Source of the DNA: Promethearchaeota archaeon
GTDB taxonomy: Archaea; Asgardarchaeota; Lokiarchaeia; Sigyniarchaeales; SOKP01
Length of the DNA stretch: 15,567 bases
Direction of reading: 5' to 3'
Assembly: GCA_048938445.1 (NCBI GenBank)
Contig: JBHLME010000108.1
Coordinates: 1 to 15,567 of the forward strand
Numbering within the stretch: the first letter of the stretch is position 1; every line of letters begins with the position of its first letter. This document shows, in pieces, positions 1 through 7,600 of the stretch. The notes under the pieces were generated by a model. It saw only the letters and a program-made list of their open reading frames with translations. It ran no database searches and was not told the origin of the DNA. A program made the position numbers and the translations under genes.

Positions 1-291
1 ATGAACATATTATTTAAATCTTATGGAAAATAAAAAATGATACATGTTCATTAAAATAGTATTATCAATTTAAATTTTGATATAAGAAGAATTTGAATGA
101 AAAATTCTCATTAAATTTTGTGTAATAAAAATCAAAGAGTATGAAATTTTAGGTCTAAAAAATTTATTATATTCTTAATTGACAAAATATTATAAATTAT
201 TTATTTTTATTTGATTTTTAAATTAAAATTATAGATTTATATGCTCACCTTTTTAAATTCTATGTTCATATTAATAATATAGAGTGAACAA
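1..291. promoter_or_regulatory. Five copies of an ATGTTCAY-like 8-bp box upstream of the RHH regulator gene (putative operator sites), one overlapping a TATA-like TTTATATG (236-243)
   Basis: ATGAACAT 1-8 (reverse complement ATGTTCAT), ATGTTCAT 44-51, ATGCTCAC 241-248, ATGTTCAT 262-269, GTGAACAA 284-291 (reverse complement TTGTTCAC). The last three are spaced about 21-22 bp apart. Confidence 0.5.
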
Positions 292-305
292 TTTATTTTG
301 TAAAT

Positions 306-917
306 GTGAAAAAAGTGAGTGAAAAAACAGTGAAATCTAGTAAAAAAACAATACATACTACCTTGTCTGAAGAATCAAGTGAAATTTTAGATAAATTTGC
401 AGATTTAACAGATAAAAACAATCAAAAAATATTTGGGAATAAATCAAAGGTTTTAGAAAAAGCTTTGGAGCTTCTTGATAAAAGTTATAACCCCCAAAAT
501 AAAGATGACTTACAAGCAATATGGGATAGGGCGAGAAACGAATTAAACATGGTATTAGTGGGAAAAACTACATATCTCGCCTATATTTCTGGTGATTATG
601 AAAAAGCTTTTGAGGAAAATATTGCAATAGACATTTTAGAATGGTATTCTCGCATGAGTATTGAAGATATGAATTTGTCTGAACTTTTAGAGGCGATAAA
701 AAATGTATGGCTAGCTGCTAATTATTTTTATCAAATTGAAATTGAATTAGGAAGTAAAGGATCTTATCAGATTTCATTTTATCATGATTTGCATAGTAAA
801 AAATATAGCGAATTCTGGGGAAATTACTTCTCAAAATTACTTCATGATCAAAAGAAATGCGACATTGAAATATTTCCAAGAAGTTCTTCATTAATTTTAA
901 GGATTTCCCCGCCTTAA
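306..917 (+). CDS. Putative transcriptional regulator: N-terminal ribbon-helix-helix-like domain plus C-terminal alpha/beta (V4R-like?) domain
   Basis: 203-aa ORF with GTG start (alternative in-frame GTGs just downstream). KTIHTTLSEESSEILDKF...NKSKVLEKALELL fits the beta-alpha-alpha RHH pattern. Co-oriented, 40 bp upstream of comD. Confidence 0.6.
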   Translation: MKKVSEKTVKSSKKTIHTTLSEESSEILDKFADLTDKNNQKIFGNKSKVLEKALELLDKSYNPQNKDDLQAIWDRARNELNMVLVGKTTYLAYISGDYEKAFEENIAIDILEWYSRMSIEDMNLSELLEAIKNVWLAANYFYQIEIELGSKGSYQISFYHDLHSKKYSEFWGNYFSKLLHDQKKCDIEIFPRSSSLILRISPP

Positions 918-957
918 TATTATGAAATTTATTAAAAAAAACAATTGAATAATAGAT

Positions 958-1470
958 ATGAGTACAGATCAAAAATTATACAATGCCATAAAAGAATCAG
1001 GTATAAGTCTTATTTTATCAGTACCATGTGCAATGATAAAAGGGCTTTTGGAAATCATCGATGATAAAAACGAAATCCAACATCTTTCTGTAACCCGAGA
1101 AGAAGAAGGAGTAGGAATTGCAGCAGGAGCATATTTAGGGGGAAGAATCCCTGCATTACTCATGCAAAACTCTGGTCTTGGTAATTCAATAAATGCTATA
1201 AAATCCCTCTTAGAAATATATGAAATTCCCATAATATTTATAATGACTCATAGGGGCGCGGAAGGAGAGAAAATAATTGCTCAAATACCAATGGGACAAG
1301 TAATTTTCAATCTACTAGATTGTATTAATGTTGAACATGTGATTGTTGATTCAGAAGAAAGTATTGGAGAGATAATTAAAACTGTGAAAAAAAGTCAAAA
1401 TTCAGGAAAATCTATAGCGATTGTCTTAAAAAGAACATTATGGGGGGTGCTTGATAATGAAAAGATATGA
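958..1470 (+). CDS. comD: Sulfopyruvate decarboxylase subunit alpha (ThDP enzyme PYR domain; ComD/phosphonopyruvate decarboxylase family)
   Basis: Motifs SVPC, TREEEGVGIAAGAYLGG, LMQNSGLGNSINA and HRG...E...Q.PMG; 170 aa, typical ComD size. Confidence 0.88.
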   Translation: MSTDQKLYNAIKESGISLILSVPCAMIKGLLEIIDDKNEIQHLSVTREEEGVGIAAGAYLGGRIPALLMQNSGLGNSINAIKSLLEIYEIPIIFIMTHRGAEGEKIIAQIPMGQVIFNLLDCINVEHVIVDSEESIGEIIKTVKKSQNSGKSIAIVLKRTLWGVLDNEKI

Positions 1471-2011
1471 TGCTCTCAAGGAAATTGTAAAAGTTGTAAG
1501 TGATGAATTAATCATATGTAATATAGGCATTCCTTCTAAAGAGCTCTATGATTTAAAAGACCGCGATGAAAATTTCTACATGCTGGGTTCAATGGGACTT
1601 GCCTCTTCTATAGCCTTAGGCGTCGCTTTAGCAAGACCTAAAAAAAGAGTGTGGTGTATTGACGGAGACGGTTCAATATTGATGAATCTGGGGAGCTTGA
1701 GTACTATTGGCAATCATGCTCCTAATAATCTAATGTTAATAGTTATCGATAATGGATGTTATGGCTCAACAGGTAATCAGCAAACCCATACATGTAATAG
1801 AACTCAATTGGACGTGATCGCCAAAGGGGCTGGTTTTGAATCAATTCATACGATTGATGATAAGGTAGAAATTATACCGAAGTTGAAAAAACTTGGTTCA
1901 GGGAGTCATTTCATCCTTATCAAAACGGAGCCTGGAAATGCTCAAGTAAAAAATATACCCTTGCATCCCATACAAATAAAAGAGCGATTCATGAAATCTC
2001 TTACTAAATGA
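1457..2011 (+). CDS. comE: Sulfopyruvate decarboxylase subunit beta (ThDP-binding PP domain)
   Basis: N-terminal MKRYDAL, CNIGIPSKEL, NFYMLGSMGLASSIALGVAL and the ThDP motif GDGSILMN...IDNGCYGSTGNQ. Overlaps the comD end. ATG at 1457 preferred over TTG 1451; a GGGGGTG RBS-like run lies at about 1443-1449. Confidence 0.88.
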   Translation: MKRYDALKEIVKVVSDELIICNIGIPSKELYDLKDRDENFYMLGSMGLASSIALGVALARPKKRVWCIDGDGSILMNLGSLSTIGNHAPNNLMLIVIDNGCYGSTGNQQTHTCNRTQLDVIAKGAGFESIHTIDDKVEIIPKLKKLGSGSHFILIKTEPGNAQVKNIPLHPIQIKERFMKSLTK

Positions 2012-2135
2012 TTAGCAGTAAGAAGAATTTCATTTCTAATTATGAATATAGACCTTTTTAGGATCTTAACATTTAATATGAATTGAATATAAGTTACTTT
2101 TTTATATATCATTGATTAAAATGTAAATAACTAAA

Positions 2136-2141
2136 AGGTGA
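2136..2141 (+). promoter_or_regulatory. Archaeal-type ribosome binding site AGGTGA
   Basis: AGGTGA ends 6 nt before the ATG at 2148. Confidence 0.6.
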
Positions 2142-2147
2142 AATTAC

Positions 2148-4424
2148 ATGAATAGAGTGAAAAAAATCATTGTTATTTTATCATTACTCTCAATATTGAG
2201 TTTTTCTAGTTTATTTAAGATTATTACTATTAATAGTGGGGGAACCAATGAATATTCTGAAAATAAGGAACTCGATTTGCATCCTTCGGGATTTTTCAAC
2301 TTGACAGGAGGCAAAATATTCATAGATGATATGAATTCGTCATGTAATTGGGACGAAACAGTAAAAAATGACTGGTGTAGTGGAGAGGGAAGTATTGACA
2401 ATCCTTATGTCATTCAGGACGTGTTTTTGGATGGCAATGGTTCCGACACTTGTGTCGAGATTCAAAATTCAAGAGCCTATTTTAAGATTGAAAGTTGTAA
2501 CTTTTCAAATGCAGGAATAGGAATTAAAATTGAAAATTGTACAGACTTTAAGATTATTGATAATAGTATTTCAGACTTAAAAGGAAAAGATGGTTTATCT
2601 GGTTTAGAGAGTAGTCTTGGAATAAATGGAGAAAACGGAGACGAAGTTTTTGGGATTTTTATAAATAATTCTAATAATATACACCTTTCATTAAATGAAA
2701 TTTGTAATATTGAGGGAGGTATGGGTGGTTATGGAAAAAACGGAACCAGTTCAAGAGAAACAGGTGGAAATGGTGGCAATGGATCGAGTTCATATGGACT
2801 TTTAATAAACAATACAGTGAATGTGTTTGTTGCTCATAATAAAATCTCAAATATCATAGGGGGAAAAGGAGGTGATGGAGGGAATGCCTGGATATCAGAT
2901 GGTATGACTTATTCAGCAGGGTATATAGCAGATGGTGGCATTGGAGGTTGTGGTGGAAATAGCATTGGACTCCATTTTGATAATACTATGAATATTATGA
3001 CTTATAAAAATGAATTGAGCGGAATTACTGGAGGTTCAGGAGGAATAGGTGGATCTGGAGGGTATTGTTTTTCAATTTCGGGATCTATTATTTCCGCACG
3101 TTTAGATAATGCTGGAAATGGAGGACCAGGGGGAAATAGTAAGGGAATATGCTATCATAATTCTATTAAAATTAATACAATCTTAAACGAAATTTTTGAT
3201 ATTATAGGTGGTAATGGGAATAATGGAGGTCTGGAAAGCTTTTTTGTGCACGTGTTGCTTCCTGATAAAGGAATACAAATCGGTGGAATTGGTGGTAACG
3301 GAGGTTTAGGTGGCTTGAGTTCAGGTATTTTTTATAGTAATGCTAATATTATTAAAAATATCGATAATCAAATATATAGGATTAAAGGAGGCATTGGTGG
3401 AGCTGGTGGGAACGGAGGATTTGGTGGAGAGGAAATGATTAGTATTCTCCCAGGTCCTGTTTATATAGAGTTATCTTGTAAAAATGGTGGAGATGGTGGG
3501 AAAGGTGGTGAGTGTTATGGGATTTGTTTTAATAATTCAATGAATATTGAAAACTATTGGAATAAAATTGAAAATATTGAAGGTGGTGGTGGAAATATGG
3601 GGGGGAATGGTTGTGTTGGTTATATAAATGAAATTTGGGTCATGGATATGCTCATTATGATCGAAGAATATGATGGTGGAAATGGAGGAAATGGCAGTGA
3701 TGGAGGAATGAGTATGGGATTATACTTTCAAAATTCACAAAATATCATCAATATTGGAAATGATATCTTAAATGTTTTAAGTAATAGAGGAGGAAATGGT
3801 GGCGATGGAGGGGATGGCGCTTATTTTAATAGAACTAATGGTGGGAATGGAGGAAATGGCGGAAATGGAGGTTGCAGTTTTGGATTATATTTTGAAATAT
3901 TAAAAAACAGCACGAATATAATGAATGTTTTATCTTTCATTATTGGTGGTGATAGTGGATACGGTGGGTTGAAAGGAATTGGAATCATTAACGGAATTGA
4001 TGGAAATAATGGAATAATAGGGAGTGGTTATGGATTTTCACTCGTGAACACGAATGATAGTCTTAGCTGGTTCAATGCTATCTATTGTGAAAATAATGTG
4101 GATAATGGGATAAATAACCGCTGGAATAGTTTTATATGTGGTAATTATTGGTCAGGGTATGATGGTGTCGATTTGAATAGAGATGGTATAGGCGATACAC
4201 CGTACCTGCTTAATGGCAGTGCTGGATCTCAGGATTATTTACCTTTAATGTTCTGGCCAATAGATGATTCATCTTTACCTAAAAATCCATTGCAGGATTT
4301 AGCGATTTGGATCATTCTTGGAATAGCATCCATAGGAGGCACAGTAGTTATTTCAGGAGTCGTGGTTTCAAGAAGAAAAAAAGCAAGAAAAAAAGGATAC
4401 TGGCTCTCTAAATTAAAAAAATAA
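2148..4424 (+). CDS. Secreted, C-terminally membrane-anchored right-handed beta-helix (NosD/CASH-like) surface protein with glycine-rich inserts
   Basis: Basic-hydrophobic signal peptide (MNRVKKIIVILSLLSILSF), G.GSIDNPYVIQD cap and beta-helix rungs (GI.I.N...I..N.I). Also a NosD-type C-terminal motif (GNYWSGYDGVDLNRDGIGDTPY...DYLPL), a TM helix LAIWIILGIASIGGTVVISGVVV and a basic tail RRKKARKK. Confidence 0.8.
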   Translation: MNRVKKIIVILSLLSILSFSSLFKIITINSGGTNEYSENKELDLHPSGFFNLTGGKIFIDDMNSSCNWDETVKNDWCSGEGSIDNPYVIQDVFLDGNGSDTCVEIQNSRAYFKIESCNFSNAGIGIKIENCTDFKIIDNSISDLKGKDGLSGLESSLGINGENGDEVFGIFINNSNNIHLSLNEICNIEGGMGGYGKNGTSSRETGGNGGNGSSSYGLLINNTVNVFVAHNKISNIIGGKGGDGGNAWISDGMTYSAGYIADGGIGGCGGNSIGLHFDNTMNIMTYKNELSGITGGSGGIGGSGGYCFSISGSIISARLDNAGNGGPGGNSKGICYHNSIKINTILNEIFDIIGGNGNNGGLESFFVHVLLPDKGIQIGGIGGNGGLGGLSSGIFYSNANIIKNIDNQIYRIKGGIGGAGGNGGFGGEEMISILPGPVYIELSCKNGGDGGKGGECYGICFNNSMNIENYWNKIENIEGGGGNMGGNGCVGYINEIWVMDMLIMIEEYDGGNGGNGSDGGMSMGLYFQNSQNIINIGNDILNVLSNRGGNGGDGGDGAYFNRTNGGNGGNGGNGGCSFGLYFEILKNSTNIMNVLSFIIGGDSGYGGLKGIGIINGIDGNNGIIGSGYGFSLVNTNDSLSWFNAIYCENNVDNGINNRWNSFICGNYWSGYDGVDLNRDGIGDTPYLLNGSAGSQDYLPLMFWPIDDSSLPKNPLQDLAIWIILGIASIGGTVVISGVVVSRRKKARKKGYWLSKLKK
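2562..4073 (+). repeat. Nine imperfect protein-level tandem repeats (about 44-66 aa): N-x-I-x-x-I-x-GGxGGxGG-[variable]-GGxGGxGG-S-x-G-[ILF]-x-[FY]-x-N
   Basis: Units begin at NSISD, NEICN, NKISN, NELSG, NEIFD, NQIYR, NKIEN, NDILN and NVLSF in the translation. GGAAATGG/GGTGG-rich DNA. Confidence 0.8.
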
Positions 4425-4512
4425 CAAATAAGAGCACCGAGTTTTCATAATTAACTCATATATTTTTATTCTATTAGTTAAATAATAAAGGGAAAATTTT
4501 ATTTAAATGAAT

Positions 4513-5265
4513 TTAGGTCAATTTTTTACCTATGACTCCCACGTAAATTGCTGTTTCGGTCTTCCCATCAATTCCAAGTAAATCATTTAATTCGTCATCA
4601 TAAATTGCTCCAATTGTACATGCTCCTAATTCTAACGCTTCAGCAATTAAATAGAAATTTTGACCGATGTGCCCGCAATCCATGTAAATGTAGCGGTAGC
4701 ATCTCTGAAGGTACTTCCATTTCGAACGTTCTATAACAGCGGTCCATATGAAATTTATTGCAGAGTCATATGCCATTTTTTGACCAAGACACGCTTCAGC
4801 AACCTCCTTACGAAAATTTCCTCCCTTCAAGTATTCAAGTTCGTGATGCAATATATCATAATGATATACACCTTGTTCAATTTCTTCAACATTGTTTATG
4901 ATGGGATAAATTTCTATGGGATATAATCCCCCTGCTGATGGTGTAGTGCGAAACGCAAACTGAGGATATATTCTAGTTAAACCTGCCATTCCAAAAAGTA
5001 TTGAACTGAGGGTATTTAATGAAATAGATTCATCATTAAATGTTCTAGTTGAGTGTCTACTCACTATAACCTCCCAAAAATCAACTTTTTTTTTCACTTC
5101 AAATTTTGGAAGTTTTATTCTAGTTATGGCATTTTCATATGTTTTATATGTCCTAGGTTTTCTTGACCAGTCTAAATAATGACGTGGTAAATTATCTCTT
5201 GAATATTTTGATTTCTGCTGAAAATTATCACCATACTGGTCTTCTTTTATTGAATTTTCAATCAT
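4513..5265 (-). CDS. SagB/ThcOx-family FMN-dependent dehydrogenase (nitroreductase superfamily)
   Basis: SRHSTRTF, RTTPSAGGLYPIEIY, GVYHY, WKY..RCYRYIYMDCGHIGQNFYLIAEALELGACTIGA.YDDELNDLLG. Confidence 0.88.
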   Translation of the reverse strand: MIENSIKEDQYGDNFQQKSKYSRDNLPRHYLDWSRKPRTYKTYENAITRIKLPKFEVKKKVDFWEVIVSRHSTRTFNDESISLNTLSSILFGMAGLTRIYPQFAFRTTPSAGGLYPIEIYPIINNVEEIEQGVYHYDILHHELEYLKGGNFRKEVAEACLGQKMAYDSAINFIWTAVIERSKWKYLQRCYRYIYMDCGHIGQNFYLIAEALELGACTIGAIYDDELNDLLGIDGKTETAIYVGVIGKKLT

Positions 5266-5385
5266 TAGGTTTATTATTATTCTTGGATTTAAAAATTCTC
5301 AGATAATATTTTAAAAATCATTTTTAAAAAGAAAAGAATTTTTCTAATTAAATAAAAAAGTAAAAAATATCTAACTACACACTCA

Positions 5386-5697
5386 TCAGTATGGTTCAGG
5401 ACATTTCTCTAATAACTGTTGGCATGTCTCAGAATCTTTTGAGATTTCCATGCTCTCAATCGAACTCACGCTTCGAATATTCATGTGTTTATCTATATAA
5501 ATAATCATCCCATGAAGTGGATTACCATGTAGAACAAGGTGGGGATAAACACCGCTCTTATTCTCCAATATTTTCTCCATCATGAAAAGATCGATATCGA
5601 CCTCAATCTTTTTATGACATATTGGACATTCATTAGCATTTCTTGAATTCTGCCACTGTTTTCTTTTATTTTGAATTTCTTCCCGTGATAAGATCAT
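5386..5697 (-). CDS. Small hypothetical protein, possible Zn-binding (CxxC ... HxxxHGxPxH)
   Basis: 103 aa with ATG start, alone in an AT-rich intergenic region. ECPICHK and YPHLVLHGNPLHGMIIYIDKHMNIRSV. Confidence 0.65.
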   Translation of the reverse strand: MILSREEIQNKRKQWQNSRNANECPICHKKIEVDIDLFMMEKILENKSGVYPHLVLHGNPLHGMIIYIDKHMNIRSVSSIESMEISKDSETCQQLLEKCPEPY

Positions 5698-5897
5698 ACT
5701 TAATAATGATCATATATCAAGACAATTTATTAATTTTTAGGTTTATTCAAAGAAAATATCATTATAATGCTTATATTAAATAAGTAAAAGCAATAGTTTA
5801 AAGAAGAATTTATAACATACATAAATGTCAAATAATGATAGAAGTAAGGAGAAACAATTTTTTTTTTAAAAGAATAAAATTAAAGAAAAAAAGATAA

Positions 5898-7388
5898 TTA
5901 ATGGTGGATAGGACGTCCTTTTTTGTGAATTGCCATTCCTACGACAGCTTCAGCACCTTCAAGGACCATTTCAGAAATAGTTGGGTGGCTATGAATCGTC
6001 TCTCCTATATCATGAACCGTTAGACCGTGTTGCATTGCAAGAGAAACTTCAGATATCAATTCTGGCGCTTCAGCACCAATACATGATGCCCCAATTATTT
6101 TATGCGTGTTCTTATCTGCTAAAATCATGATAAAGCCTTCTTCTTCCCCCATGCATTTAGCTTTTCCAAGAGATTGGAATGGAAATTGTCCCATTATAAC
6201 ATCTATACCTATATCTTTTGCTGTTTTCCTTCTTAATCCAACTGAACCAATATTTGGGGAGGTAAAGATAGTTGCAGGAACAACATTGTAATCAGTACTA
6301 ATTTCTTTTACTGGAAATCCTCCTATACTTGATAGAGCATTAGCCACCGCTACATCACCCATATGACTTGCAATATGGGCTAGCATTGGAGCTCCTGAAG
6401 CTGCAACATCACCTATGGCATATATACCCTTTATTGCGGTCTCACAAGTTTTAGTATCAATTTTAATAGCCCCTCGTTCTAGTTCAATTCCTAATTCTTC
6501 AAGACCTAAATTTGAAGACACTTTAGCTCGACCTATAGACACCAAACAGAGATCTGCTTCATAAATAAATTTCTCTGTTTCGGGATCATTTTGTTTATCT
6601 CTCGGAACATCTGCAGAGCAAGTAGTAGCTTTAACTCCAGATCCGGTGTTCTCAACTGATAAAACCGCTTGAGAAGTATGGATTTTAATCCCTTTTTTAT
6701 CAAATTTTTTCTGAAGTTCTTTAATTATCATTGGTTCTTCAGTTGCTATAGGGGAAGGTAAAAATTCTAATAATTCGACTTTACTACCAAATGAAGCAAA
6801 AATATTCGCAAATTCACATCCTATGACACCAGCACCAACAATTAAAAGTCTTTCAGGGATTCTTTTAAAATCAGGACTTAATATATCATCACTCGTCAAA
6901 ATTTTTTCATGATCAATATTAAAAGCTGGAATTAAAGCAGGAGCCGATCCAGTTGCTATAATTACCCTTTTTGCCTTTATATTATTAGTTTCGTGCCCCT
7001 CTATTGAAATTTCAAAACCATTATTGGAATTTCCTCCAATTATTTTTCCCAAACCAAAGAAGACATCATTTTTCCAACCTTTTTCTAGGCCTTCGATCCC
7101 AGATACTAATTCTGAGACAACTTTATTTTTTCTTTCAACAGCTTTGGCAAAGTTTGAAGTGAAAGAAGAAATTTCTACTCCAAATCCTTCTGCTTCTTGC
7201 ACTTGCTCAATTAAATGTGCTGAAGCATATAATGCTTTTGTAGGAATGCATCCTCGATTAAGGCAGGTACCACCTAGTTTATCTTTTTCAATCAATGCAA
7301 CTTTTGCACCATATTGAGCAGCACGAATGGCCGCGTGATAACCACCAGGTCCTGCGCCAATTACGGCTAAGTCATAAATATCGCTCAT
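5898..7388 (-). CDS. lpdA: Dihydrolipoyl dehydrogenase (E3 / glycine-cleavage L protein)
   Basis: FAD motif GAGPGGY, redox disulfide GGTCLNRGCIPTK, NAD motif VGAGVIGCE, IYAIGD, MLAH and active-site HPTISE. Confidence 0.93.
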   Translation of the reverse strand: MSDIYDLAVIGAGPGGYHAAIRAAQYGAKVALIEKDKLGGTCLNRGCIPTKALYASAHLIEQVQEAEGFGVEISSFTSNFAKAVERKNKVVSELVSGIEGLEKGWKNDVFFGLGKIIGGNSNNGFEISIEGHETNNIKAKRVIIATGSAPALIPAFNIDHEKILTSDDILSPDFKRIPERLLIVGAGVIGCEFANIFASFGSKVELLEFLPSPIATEEPMIIKELQKKFDKKGIKIHTSQAVLSVENTGSGVKATTCSADVPRDKQNDPETEKFIYEADLCLVSIGRAKVSSNLGLEELGIELERGAIKIDTKTCETAIKGIYAIGDVAASGAPMLAHIASHMGDVAVANALSSIGGFPVKEISTDYNVVPATIFTSPNIGSVGLRRKTAKDIGIDVIMGQFPFQSLGKAKCMGEEEGFIMILADKNTHKIIGASCIGAEAPELISEVSLAMQHGLTVHDIGETIHSHPTISEMVLEGAEAVVGMAIHKKGRPIHH

Positions 7389-7600
7389 ATGTTTTTCACT
7401 GACACTAAATTATACGTATTTTTATTTAGTAATATATTAAGTAGGTAAATAAAGTAGTAAATATTAATTTTATTTAAACAATTTTTATACTTAGAATACA
7501 TCAAATCGTTCAAAAGATTCGATATTAAATATAAAATTCATTAAAATATGTAAATGAATGATCGAAATAATTCATTATATACATTAATACATGATCAATA

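Noticed and set aside
718-1232. Minus-strand ORFs 718-972 and 969-1232
   Set aside because: Antisense shadows of the regulator and comD, with no recognisable motifs.
2144-2401. 85-aa minus-strand ORF
   Set aside because: Antisense to the surface protein, which has an RBS and signal peptide.
2562-4073. Gly-rich repeats as collagen, CRISPR or a DGR variable region
   Set aside because: The pattern is short GGx runs rather than long Gly-X-Y. DNA repeats are degenerate and in frame, and no reverse transcriptase or template repeat is visible.
4370-4424. Cytoplasmic tail (...KGYWLSKLKK) as a COPI dilysine or YxxPhi cargo signal for the adaptor-like locus
   Set aside because: Position -3 is Leu, so it is neither KKxx nor KxKxx, and YWLS is not YxxPhi. 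It is adequately explained by the positive-inside rule.
4548-4926. Plus-strand ORFs 4548-4736 and 4660-4926 as possible RiPP precursors
   Set aside because: They lie entirely antisense within the SagB-type gene and show no leader/core structure.
5309-5329. Perfect inverted repeat TTTTAAAAAT-C-ATTTTTAAAA upstream of the SagB-type gene
   Set aside because: The arms are purely A/T in a very AT-rich spacer, so chance occurrence is likely; no second copy was noticed.
6106-7317. Plus-strand ORFs 6106-6291 and 7024-7317
   Set aside because: Antisense shadows of lpdA.
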